Origin: a virus
IMG/VR virus record: IMGVR_UViG_3300045988_145033
Location: 96,001-160,000 of that record
Strand: one strand, 5' to 3'
DNA length: 64,000 nt
Both the position numbers and the translations under genes were made by a program. Below the pieces are notes generated by a model, which worked only from the letters and a program-made list of their open reading frames with translations, was not told where the DNA came from and ran no database searches. Positions 28,166 through 37,419 of the stretch are shown in pieces; the first letter of the stretch is position 1, and the number at the start of each line of letters is the position of its first letter.

Positions 28166-28228
28166 TATTTTCCTTGAAATAGGTATACTTTTCATATAAT
28201 TTGTTAGCTTGTACGCAAAAGGGTCAGA

Positions 28229-28241
28229 AACAAGGAAAATA
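28229..28241 (+). promoter_or_regulatory. late promoter variant AACA-N7-TA
   Basis: AACAaggaaaaTA upstream of 28271. Also TTGAAA-N15-TATAAT nearby. Confidence 0.3.
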
Positions 28242-28270
28242 GTTACATTAATATATAAGGAGGTAGCAAA

Positions 28271-31200
28271 ATGTCTGATATAAAAAGAATAGCATTTATA
28301 CCCTATGACAAGAAGCATAGAAACTATACGGAAGCTGATATTGTTGTAGGGGAGCTTATTATAGATAGCGAGACAGGTTATGCGTGGATAAAAGTTAAAT
28401 CAGGCGATTTGATTCCACTTCGTGGTGCAGGATATATAGATTTGATAAACTATATCGCTTCCACTATGGCGATAGGAATAGAGCCTAAAGATATACATTC
28501 ATTCTTACTAGATACAGCAAAAAGAATTCCTAATGAGAATATACCTACAGGTGTTTTAAAAGTAAGAGTACCGAAAGGAACTTCTACAGAATTTAAAGAA
28601 ATAGGAATAGTTACAAATGGAGAAAATTGTATAATATACACAGGAGAAAAAGATAGTGTCACACAAGAACCTATCACAGTTACAGTAAAGGACGTTTATT
28701 TAGACTATTCTAAATTTAAGAAAGAAACTAAAGAAACTCTTGCAGACCATACTACAAGAATTACATCTTTAGAAACTGAAATAGCTCAAAGAGCAAAAGA
28801 TACTAAAACTTTCTATGATAAATTTACAGAAGCTGAATCTGCTGATTTGGTTTATTGTATTCACCCAGATATGACAGCAACTAAACCAACAGAACCCACA
28901 AACTACATATTTGAGACTTCTATGGTTTTACATATGGATAATGGAGAGTCTGTAAATAGACACTCACTTGGATATCATATGGATTACAAAAATCACAGAA
29001 TAGATAAAGATAATGCTTATGTAAAGGACATAGGTAATAAGGTAGATTTATCTGTAAGATTTTATTATAAAAATGAATGTATTTGGGTACAACCTACTCA
29101 AATAGACGGTGAGTTTATTTTAAGAGATAAATCACCAAACGCTGGCTCATTTGTACCTTATAAAGGACAAGTTACAAAAGAATCATTTGCAGCATCAGGT
29201 TTAACACCGGGAGATTTAATAATTCCTTTAGGTTCTTCTAATAATGAAGAATCTGTATCTTGGACTTATTATCAAGCAAATCATGGTTTTCCACCTATGA
29301 GTGCTGTATACTTTGATAAAGAAGATAATAAATGGAAACTAGCAACTTTAAAGAATAGAGCTAAAAATATAGCAATTCCTATAGATGAGAACTGGCTTAC
29401 TATATATTCGGCTGGACATATTAAAGTACCAGAAAATGCTAAAGCTAACTTAAGTGATGAAGATTTCGTATCTAATGAAATGTACTACTTAAGCCAAACT
29501 ATAAATGGTGGATTTCAAAAAGAATATCCAACTTATATTTATCAGGAACTAGGATACGCTTATATGAAATACGGTTCTATGTGGTTTGCAATTCATATAG
29601 ATACACCAGTTGAACTTGCAGCTTACACTATTAAGAATATGGCAACTAAAGAAGATTTAAAGAATAGACAACTTGTGGTACAAGTAGCAACTCCGGATAT
29701 AGCAAAGCTTGATGAACCATTAGGAACTGTAATGACAGTCGCTGATGATAGTGGAGAAGAAACTTGGCATATAAGAAAGGTACAAGAAACTAGAAAAGAT
29801 AGTGAAAGTATACAAATAAGAAATGGTTTATGGGCAAATATCATCGAAGTATCTGGTAAGATAAAAGAAGAGGATATGGCTGGTAAACTAGATAAAGGTA
29901 TAAACTTTGCAAAATATAAAGCTGAGTATCCAGATGCTGTTGCTATTATAGAAAAGATAATAAATGGTATAGGGTATAAAACTGGAGATAGATTAAAGAC
30001 TTGGCAAGAGCTTATGGAAGATTTAGAAAAGTATGTAAAGAAAGAGCAAATAACTCAATCTATGACAGAAAATAGTATAGATAAAATACCTTCTGCTAAT
30101 ATCTTTAATCAACTTCTAAAACTTGTACAAGATATTAAACTCGGACATACTGGAAGTATAGTACCGCAAGAAAATACAGCGGTACATATTCAATCTGGTA
30201 TACTTCAAAGAACTGCTGTGACTATTCAATCGAATGTAGACGTTTTATACAATCCTACATTATTTATAGACGGTCAGCAATACGATAGAGCTTACTGGTC
30301 ATTTGATGCAAATACTGGTATCATAACTTTAAAAGAGCCTTATGATATGTATACAGATGCTAGATGGACAATATTTGACGTATTTCCTACAGATATTAAA
30401 TATATATCAAATAGTGTAGGAGCAATTCAAATAGCACCTTATGCTAACTCGCTTAAAGATTATGACGTCATAAAATGTCTTGGAGAAAATTCAAAATACG
30501 ACGGTGGTTATCAACTACGTATGGTTGTACCAGAATCTGATATTACAAACTCGTCATCTCAATGGCATTTCTTAGCTAGTCAACCTAGAGTAAAATTTAA
30601 AAATAAATGGCTTGTAGAGCTTCCAAAAACTCACGTAAAAAGAGAACTTGAAAGAAAGTTAGAAAAAGAAATATTTGACGCATATGTTAAAAAGAATGCA
30701 GTATATACTTTAGAAGATGTAGGATACGATAATATCGAAGGTATAGGATACGTGAAGGGTAAATATAAACTTAAATCTGAAAATGAGCTTACATTAAGAT
30801 TTAATATAAAGGTCACTAAAGACTTACTTGTACAACCGCCACAAGGACAAACAGAAGACCCTTTAAAGAATATGCAAATGGATTATTTAAGATTTGTAGC
30901 TAATCTTCCAGAAGGTATAGAGAAGAGTGATTTATTATTTGAGTATGCTCAAGTTTCAGTATACGATTATAAAGAAGAGCCAGATTTTATAGATGTCGAT
31001 GAATATAACTTCACTGATAGTTCCAGTCAAACTCATCAAAGAAAGACTAGAATTAAGAAATTTGGTTTTGGAATTATGTATCAGTATACTTCAGATGTAA
31101 GACCGCTTACAAAATACGACGGACTTTCAAGTAGACCTACTCCTAGTGGAAATAAAAATAGAGACGGTTCACTTGAGTATATGGACGATATGTCGGTAAA

Positions 31201-31417
31201 CTATGACGTTTATAATGAGCTTAAAACTAGAGATAAGAATAATAATGTTATAGGAGAAGGAAGATTTGGAACTAATCCAATGGAACCGAAGTTCCCTAAT
31301 CATAACGCATTTATTCTTTTAATTCAAAGATACTTTGAAGGTTTGGCTGTAGGTTTTAATAAGCACTTATTTGAAGACTACTACTTAAATGTGACTATTA
31401 AAATACCTATGAGATAA
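28271..31417 (+). CDS. large virion structural protein, 1048 aa (tail fibre or baseplate candidate)
   Basis: Size and position. RBS AAGGAGG. AACA-N7-TA variant upstream. Confidence 0.4.
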   Translation: MSDIKRIAFIPYDKKHRNYTEADIVVGELIIDSETGYAWIKVKSGDLIPLRGAGYIDLINYIASTMAIGIEPKDIHSFLLDTAKRIPNENIPTGVLKVRVPKGTSTEFKEIGIVTNGENCIIYTGEKDSVTQEPITVTVKDVYLDYSKFKKETKETLADHTTRITSLETEIAQRAKDTKTFYDKFTEAESADLVYCIHPDMTATKPTEPTNYIFETSMVLHMDNGESVNRHSLGYHMDYKNHRIDKDNAYVKDIGNKVDLSVRFYYKNECIWVQPTQIDGEFILRDKSPNAGSFVPYKGQVTKESFAASGLTPGDLIIPLGSSNNEESVSWTYYQANHGFPPMSAVYFDKEDNKWKLATLKNRAKNIAIPIDENWLTIYSAGHIKVPENAKANLSDEDFVSNEMYYLSQTINGGFQKEYPTYIYQELGYAYMKYGSMWFAIHIDTPVELAAYTIKNMATKEDLKNRQLVVQVATPDIAKLDEPLGTVMTVADDSGEETWHIRKVQETRKDSESIQIRNGLWANIIEVSGKIKEEDMAGKLDKGINFAKYKAEYPDAVAIIEKIINGIGYKTGDRLKTWQELMEDLEKYVKKEQITQSMTENSIDKIPSANIFNQLLKLVQDIKLGHTGSIVPQENTAVHIQSGILQRTAVTIQSNVDVLYNPTLFIDGQQYDRAYWSFDANTGIITLKEPYDMYTDARWTIFDVFPTDIKYISNSVGAIQIAPYANSLKDYDVIKCLGENSKYDGGYQLRMVVPESDITNSSSQWHFLASQPRVKFKNKWLVELPKTHVKRELERKLEKEIFDAYVKKNAVYTLEDVGYDNIEGIGYVKGKYKLKSENELTLRFNIKVTKDLLVQPPQGQTEDPLKNMQMDYLRFVANLPEGIEKSDLLFEYAQVSVYDYKEEPDFIDVDEYNFTDSSSQTHQRKTRIKKFGFGIMYQYTSDVRPLTKYDGLSSRPTPSGNKNRDGSLEYMDDMSVNYDVYNELKTRDKNNNVIGEGRFGTNPMEPKFPNHNAFILLIQRYFEGLAVGFNKHLFEDYYLNVTIKIPMR

Positions 31418-31428
31418 GGAGGACTGAA

Positions 31429-32229
31429 ATGAAACATACACCAAATAAAATACATATATACTCAGCCACAGGAAAGTATATAGCAACGCAACCATATACA
31501 CTAAAAGACTTTCAAGAAGACCCAAAAAGATTTTATGATGCTTGGGATAATTCTATGATAGTTACTGATACTTGGTATGATTTCCCTTGTCTTGACGGAA
31601 CAAAACGTGGCATAAGAGAGATGACAGCGGAAGAACGTGTAACTTCAGGAAGTGTCGACTTGCAAGACGGTCAATATCTTGAACTGGCTACAGGTAAGAT
31701 AGTATCAACTCCTATTCCTGAATGGCTTTTAAAACCTAGATGGAATAAAGATAAAAAAGAATGGTATGAGGGTGCAACTCCCGATGAGCTTCATGATTAT
31801 ATTGTAGATATGAGCTATAAATGGAGAGATGAAAGATTTGAGCTAGGTTTTCAGTGGCTTGATAAAAAAGGTGGTAAACATCATCAAAGAGTAAGAGAAA
31901 ACGATAGAAGTCGTTTCTTGGAAGCTAAAGCTGTACTTGAGATTACAAAGGAAATAGACCCTAACCAAACTATAGAATGGCAATTCTCAGATACTGATAG
32001 TTTTGATGTAGATTATAACGACATTAAAGCTTTAATGGTTATGGGTGGAATGCTAGTTCAAGTTGGATACAGAGTAAACTCAGCTTGGAGAAAAGTTCCT
32101 AAAGATAAAATAGATTTAAAAACTATGACTAGAGAGAACTTCTTTAAAACTATTGATACTGAGTTTAAAAAGGTTATGGTTAAATATGCACCAGCACCTA
32201 CTCCTCTTACACCAGCTCAAGAAGATTAA
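31429..32229 (+). CDS. hypothetical protein, 266 aa
   Basis: RBS AAGGAGG, 11 nt after the previous stop. Confidence 0.45.
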   Translation: MKHTPNKIHIYSATGKYIATQPYTLKDFQEDPKRFYDAWDNSMIVTDTWYDFPCLDGTKRGIREMTAEERVTSGSVDLQDGQYLELATGKIVSTPIPEWLLKPRWNKDKKEWYEGATPDELHDYIVDMSYKWRDERFELGFQWLDKKGGKHHQRVRENDRSRFLEAKAVLEITKEIDPNQTIEWQFSDTDSFDVDYNDIKALMVMGGMLVQVGYRVNSAWRKVPKDKIDLKTMTRENFFKTIDTEFKKVMVKYAPAPTPLTPAQED

Positions 32230-32237
32230 AAAAAAAT

Positions 32238-32262
32238 AAATGGTGGCGTGATGCCACCATTA
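32238..32262. terminator. bidirectional terminator (aatggtggc-gtga-tgccaccatt)
   Basis: Between convergent 31429..32229 and the primase gene. A9 upstream. Confidence 0.55.
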
Positions 32263-33249
32263 TATTTCATATTTATAAATATCCATAGGTTTTGTCATAT
32301 CTCCCACATCTTTATATGCTTTATTTCTCACAACGTAGATATCCTTTACTCTATATCTTATATCCTTAAAGAAGGATTTAATAAGTCTGTCATCTACATC
32401 ACTATCAGCAATGTAAACTATGTGTCTATAAGGATTGTACTTAGTTATAGCTTTTATAAAGCCTTTTTGATTTGTAACCGTTCCTGAAACCCATATACCC
32501 TTATTCTCAGGCATTATATACTCCATGGTATTTATAAGGTCAAATGGACCTTCACAAATAGTAATATAAGAATTATCATCTAAATAATTATTAGCTCTTT
32601 CTATAGTATATGGTTTATGAGTTATAAATCTTGACATATTAGAATTATCAAGAAGTGAGAACTTCATAAATCTTTTAGTATCATCTACACTACGAAGAAG
32701 TATATTAGTTCCAGTGGGATTTAGAAAACCTATAGATTTTACATTGTAATCTAAAAGTTTATCTTTAACTAAATCTGGTAATATATCTTTATTTATTTCT
32801 ACAAAGGAACGTAGATTTTCAACTATTCTGTATTTATTCTTTGTATTCATATTAAGTTCTAATTTCGTTCTATTGTAGAAATACTTTTGAACATCGCTAT
32901 CTTCTTTAGTTTCTATATTGTATTTAATCTCTGTAGTAAGTTCTTGTGATATAAGCTCATGTGTTATACTTCTATTGCTTTCCACAAACTCCGTAATATC
33001 GCTATCTAGTATTCCCATTCTTAGAAGATGAGATTTATTCATAATACCGGACGCTGTACACTTAAGTTGAAAGCAATGAACTATTAAAGCATCATCACTT
33101 TGTGATACTCTTATATTGCAATGCCTAGTATGTGGGTTTGGACTATCTCCACAAAAAGGACAAGAAATGGTGTACCATACACCATTTGATTGTCTTCTTG
33201 CATTAAATTTATTCATAAGAATAGATACCAGTTTTTCTTTAGGTTTCAT
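32260..33249 (-). CDS. DnaG-like DNA primase (CHC2 zinc finger plus Toprim)
   Basis: CPFCGDS...H..C...C zinc ribbon at the N-terminus. Toprim motifs ICEGPFD and YIADSDVDDR. Confidence 0.6.
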   Translation of the reverse strand: MKPKEKLVSILMNKFNARRQSNGVWYTISCPFCGDSPNPHTRHCNIRVSQSDDALIVHCFQLKCTASGIMNKSHLLRMGILDSDITEFVESNRSITHELISQELTTEIKYNIETKEDSDVQKYFYNRTKLELNMNTKNKYRIVENLRSFVEINKDILPDLVKDKLLDYNVKSIGFLNPTGTNILLRSVDDTKRFMKFSLLDNSNMSRFITHKPYTIERANNYLDDNSYITICEGPFDLINTMEYIMPENKGIWVSGTVTNQKGFIKAITKYNPYRHIVYIADSDVDDRLIKSFFKDIRYRVKDIYVVRNKAYKDVGDMTKPMDIYKYEI

Positions 33250-33260
33250 AGTATCTCCTT

Positions 33261-33467
33261 TTAAATAAGCTCAACTAAATACTTAATAATTGTATATATC
33301 ATAAAGTACCACATACAAGTAAGTATAAAGAATTCTAAATTTACCGAAAATACAGTCTTTTCCTTTTTAGAATTAAGATGCACCATAAAGTAATCTATCA
33401 TCATAACTAATGCGAATACGATACCTATAATAAGAGCAATGTAGTGAAGTATTTTAAATAATAGCAT
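33261..33467 (-). CDS. small membrane protein, 68 aa (2 TM)
   Basis: Hydrophobic. Start overlaps the upstream stop (TAATG). Confidence 0.4.
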   Translation of the reverse strand: MLLFKILHYIALIIGIVFALVMMIDYFMVHLNSKKEKTVFSVNLEFFILTCMWYFMIYTIIKYLVELI

Positions 33468-34618
33468 TAGAATACACCAACCTTTCTCATATCAAATATA
33501 GATTTAATAAGTTCTATATCGGAACCTAGTCTTCTTTTCTCATCTTCAGTCACTATCTTATAGACGTCTTCTATATCATTTGAATTTACAGATAGATTAC
33601 CTTCATAAGCAAAACACATATCATTAAAGTTAGTTTTACCTTTATCTGGAGTATCACGTCTTATATCTGTACTACCTTTTCTTAGCTTATCTTGATATTT
33701 CCAAGCAATATCTGCAAAGTCTATAAATATACCATCCATACATTCAAATTTCAAAAAGTATTCAAAGAACTCTAAACTGTATCTTTTTACTATATCATTT
33801 ATTTCTGGATTCTTCTCAGCTATTTCTTTATTCTTTCTATCTATACCCATAGCAAGAGATGAGTTGTGAACACCGTCATTTGTTATAGATACTGTAACAT
33901 AGTAGTCTCTATACTTTTCAGATAAAAGCTCTTCTTTCTTTGCAGTTGCAGCTTCTACCCATTCATCTAAAGGTACAGTAAATATATCAAAGACATAAGA
34001 GTATTTATTTCTCTTGTCTCTTAAATCCACAAGCTTTGCAAATATATCTCTCATAGTTTTAGAAGATAAATCTTTTTCCATACGAATAGCTACATCTCTT
34101 TCTATATTATACCTTTTTACGAAATCAGAATAAGTGTATAAATCCTTCATTTCAGTACCTTCAAGTAAGTCTTTTATACAAGCATAAAAGAACGAGCCTA
34201 ATACATATTTGTATTGGTCGTCGCTACTTTCAGGATTTATAGTATGTCTCCATTTATCATATCCTTTCATATCTATAATTTCTCCGAAGTCTCTTATTTC
34301 TATGATATGGTAAAGTCCTTCATCGTCTTTTATAAGTTCTCCATTTTTGTCAAGATAGCTTATAGCATAAAAATTGCTAGTTGCTAAAGTTTTATCTTCT
34401 TTATTAAGTTCAAGATATGATACAGCAAGAATTACCATATCGTTATCTATGTTTGCGTCGTAGAACGCTTTACTTCCTGTAGAATATATCTTTCTTTGAT
34501 ACTCTACCTCTCTTTTATAAGCGGTTTTAAGCTTTTCCTCATACTTATCATTTTTCAAAAACTCTCTTAACTTTTCACTTACATTTGCTAAAATTAGTGT
34601 ATTAACTACTATTTCCAT
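33467..34618 (-). CDS. hypothetical protein, 383 aa
   Basis: RBS AAGGAGG. Confidence 0.45.
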   Translation of the reverse strand: MEIVVNTLILANVSEKLREFLKNDKYEEKLKTAYKREVEYQRKIYSTGSKAFYDANIDNDMVILAVSYLELNKEDKTLATSNFYAISYLDKNGELIKDDEGLYHIIEIRDFGEIIDMKGYDKWRHTINPESSDDQYKYVLGSFFYACIKDLLEGTEMKDLYTYSDFVKRYNIERDVAIRMEKDLSSKTMRDIFAKLVDLRDKRNKYSYVFDIFTVPLDEWVEAATAKKEELLSEKYRDYYVTVSITNDGVHNSSLAMGIDRKNKEIAEKNPEINDIVKRYSLEFFEYFLKFECMDGIFIDFADIAWKYQDKLRKGSTDIRRDTPDKGKTNFNDMCFAYEGNLSVNSNDIEDVYKIVTEDEKRRLGSDIELIKSIFDMRKVGVF

Positions 34619-34640
34619 AACATTTCCTCCTTAAAATTTA

Positions 34641-35612
34641 TTAATTAAATATTTGGTTACTATCTATTAAATTTCTCATATAAACTTCAGTGTCTTCTAT
34701 ATTCTTTAGAATCCTTTTCTTAATATCATCAGTTATTGCTTTACTCTCAAGTAAAGATGATACATAAACACCTTTAGCTAAATCTCCTTCTATATTAAGT
34801 TTATCCTTTATAGGATATATCTCTTCTCTTACTATACGAATAAGTCTCAGCCAAGCATCACATTCGTGCATATATCTTGGAATACTAAACTTATCTAAAA
34901 CTGGATTTACTTTAGTATTTACATACTCAAGTGCTGTGTCATAGTAAGCGTCCGTAATTGATAAACCTCTTGAAGTTACAGAAGTTTCACCATCTGTACA
35001 AGTTCTAAAGTTTAGGAACATACAGTTTTTATCTGTAGCTCCAATATCTTTCATTATATCGACTCCTACAAGTTTTGATATATCATCAGCCGTATACTCT
35101 AGCATTATAACGTCAAGAAGATTAGGATTGTCAAACATATCATTCACAAGGGAAGAGCTACAGCATTCCTTAATCTCTTCCCATATAAGTGCATCTGTGC
35201 AATCATCTTTTATTTTATATATTTTCTTTGTCCATTCTTTCATACTATACTTTTTAGGATTTCTCATATAATCATAGTATACAGGCATAAGTATATTATC
35301 TACCGCATAGCATTTAGATAAATCTAGTTTATCCTTAGACTGTATATATGAGCCTTTATATGTAAGAGTGGTATCTTTATCTTTAAGTCCTGTAAACACG
35401 TAGTCTTTAGTATGATGAACTTCATTATTTTCATCAGTATATACCTTTCTTATAACACGAATATCTACTTCTTTACTATCATATGTCTCCAATATAGCTT
35501 TGACTATATCCTTTCCAAATATAGACGTGTACATACTTTTAAAGAACTCGGTATCATTTTTGTGTGCTACTGCTGTATATATTTCAAATTTATGTACTTT
35601 ATATTTTCTCAT
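34641..35612 (-). CDS. hypothetical protein, 323 aa
   Basis: ORF. Weak RBS AAAAGGA. Confidence 0.4.
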   Translation of the reverse strand: MRKYKVHKFEIYTAVAHKNDTEFFKSMYTSIFGKDIVKAILETYDSKEVDIRVIRKVYTDENNEVHHTKDYVFTGLKDKDTTLTYKGSYIQSKDKLDLSKCYAVDNILMPVYYDYMRNPKKYSMKEWTKKIYKIKDDCTDALIWEEIKECCSSSLVNDMFDNPNLLDVIMLEYTADDISKLVGVDIMKDIGATDKNCMFLNFRTCTDGETSVTSRGLSITDAYYDTALEYVNTKVNPVLDKFSIPRYMHECDAWLRLIRIVREEIYPIKDKLNIEGDLAKGVYVSSLLESKAITDDIKKRILKNIEDTEVYMRNLIDSNQIFN

Positions 35613-35626
35613 ATTATTATATCCTT

Positions 35627-37366
35627 TTAAAAATATTTATTTATATCAAATGAAGACCAATCTTCATCATAATTTACATTACTAAAATCTAAGTCTTCTG
35701 ATATCGTAGGTTTTTGCTTAAAATATTTGTGAGCATTACTTAAGAAATCTATAAACTCATCTCTTATCTCAACAGGCTTAGATTTATTTTGCATGGTATT
35801 TCCTACCTTCACTTTAAGCTCATATAAATACTTCTTCTCAACTATATGAGTTATAGAAGATAGACAACCGTCTACATTCGCTGCTATAAATGTAGGTATA
35901 GTTCCTCCGAAATCAGCAAGTGTAACTTGAGCGTTATTTACAGATGAGTAAACCTTACCAAATAAAGCAAGAGCTAGGTTTTCATAGTCTTTATGTATTA
36001 AATCAAATATGTGTATAACCATAGCTTTATAATCACTCATAGTCATAATATTAACAGGCTCTGATATAGAGTATCTCATATTAAGATATAGCGATATTAA
36101 AAACTTGCCTAAGTTGTGCTTTTGAATATGAAAGTTACGACTCATAGCTATAGTTCCATTATCAGTAAGAGATACGGCTTCTTTTACAGCTTCATCTCTT
36201 ATACTTATCATATACTCGTAGTTCTCTTTATTCTCATTTATACGAGCATCAAATACATCTTTTTCTGCATTCAAATCAGCTCCTTCTACTCTCATAGAAT
36301 AACTAGGTTTGAAGTTAGTTAAAGTATTTTGCAAAATTTGATTTAGAGTCGCTGATAAGTATTTTGCTATCTTCATAAAATAGAACTTTCTTTCAGCTGG
36401 GTCCATATCAGAATTCACATCAAAATCATCTCTTTCATCATTTTTATCTTCATCATCTTTTCTTGCAAGACGTGAAGCTTTCTGTGCTTCTATTGAAAGA
36501 GACGGCACAATTCTGTGTATTCCATTAAACATTTCATAGATTACTTTTTGATATAGATATGGCATATTAACTCCAACTATACCAAATTTATCTATGATAG
36601 TTTTGTCTGATAGTTTCTTAGAATCTATATAAGGCGATAAGTAGTCAAATGCCACTTTATCAAAGAAGTTCTTTCTTATAGCTCCTATAGATTCTGGGTA
36701 ATACTTCATTATTGTATTTCTAAGTATTATATCAGAAAGTCCATTTGGGAATTCTTCCATTCCTTGAGATGTATCAAATATAACATCTGAAATCATAGAC
36801 ACGTAGTCCCCTGCATCCATTACTGTAAGATAAGATATATAAAATATCCTAGAGAAAGTGAATAGCATAGAGAATGTATATATGTCATAACTTGCAAGTC
36901 TTGCTTCTTCTTGGTCTCCACCTTGAATATTATCTACAGCTACAGCATGCGTGTATCTGTCTATAATATCTATTATTCTTTCATCTTTAGCGAATCTATT
37001 TAAAACATTCGTAAAGTATTTCTTTTTAACAGCATGTGCTGACAGTTTCTCTCCGTATAACTCCTTTGAGTTTTCAAGCATATAAGAACATCTTTTCTGA
37101 ATTGTATCAGTCTGTAAAGACTTTGCTAGTTCAAACAAGTGTCCTATTATGTATCTGTAGTCTGTGTCAGTTTCAGACTCATACGGTGCTCTATTTTGCT
37201 TAACCCACGTAAGCATCCTATTTAGAGCATTAACAACAGATACCGCAGTGGGAGATGTCATTCCCCCATTGCTTCTTGCTCTTTTGAAACGAAGAGGTGT
37301 ATTACCTATGTGAAATATAATATCCTTTCCATTTTCCAAAAATTTAGCATAAACATTATTACTCAT
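35627..37366 (-). CDS. hypothetical protein, 579 aa
   Basis: RBS AAGGAGG. Class B promoter upstream. Confidence 0.45.
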   Translation of the reverse strand: MSNNVYAKFLENGKDIIFHIGNTPLRFKRARSNGGMTSPTAVSVVNALNRMLTWVKQNRAPYESETDTDYRYIIGHLFELAKSLQTDTIQKRCSYMLENSKELYGEKLSAHAVKKKYFTNVLNRFAKDERIIDIIDRYTHAVAVDNIQGGDQEEARLASYDIYTFSMLFTFSRIFYISYLTVMDAGDYVSMISDVIFDTSQGMEEFPNGLSDIILRNTIMKYYPESIGAIRKNFFDKVAFDYLSPYIDSKKLSDKTIIDKFGIVGVNMPYLYQKVIYEMFNGIHRIVPSLSIEAQKASRLARKDDEDKNDERDDFDVNSDMDPAERKFYFMKIAKYLSATLNQILQNTLTNFKPSYSMRVEGADLNAEKDVFDARINENKENYEYMISIRDEAVKEAVSLTDNGTIAMSRNFHIQKHNLGKFLISLYLNMRYSISEPVNIMTMSDYKAMVIHIFDLIHKDYENLALALFGKVYSSVNNAQVTLADFGGTIPTFIAANVDGCLSSITHIVEKKYLYELKVKVGNTMQNKSKPVEIRDEFIDFLSNAHKYFKQKPTISEDLDFSNVNYDEDWSSFDINKYF

Positions 37367-37396
37367 AATATCCTCCTTTTAAATTTAGACTATATT

Positions 37397-37419
37397 GTCC
37401 TTACATATATTATATATAA
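37397..37419 (-). promoter_or_regulatory. class B promoter
   Basis: TATATATAATATATGTAAGGAC upstream of 35627..37366. Confidence 0.45.

Noticed and set aside
28180-28215. Host sigma-A promoter TTGAAA-N15-TATAAT upstream of the 1048-aa gene
   Set aside because: The spacer is 15 nt, which is suboptimal. An AACA-type element overlaps the same region. It is kept only as a note in the feature list.
32248-32487. 79-aa plus-strand ORF starting inside the convergent terminator
   Set aside because: It overlaps the 3' end of the primase gene in antisense and has no RBS. The region is a bidirectional terminator.
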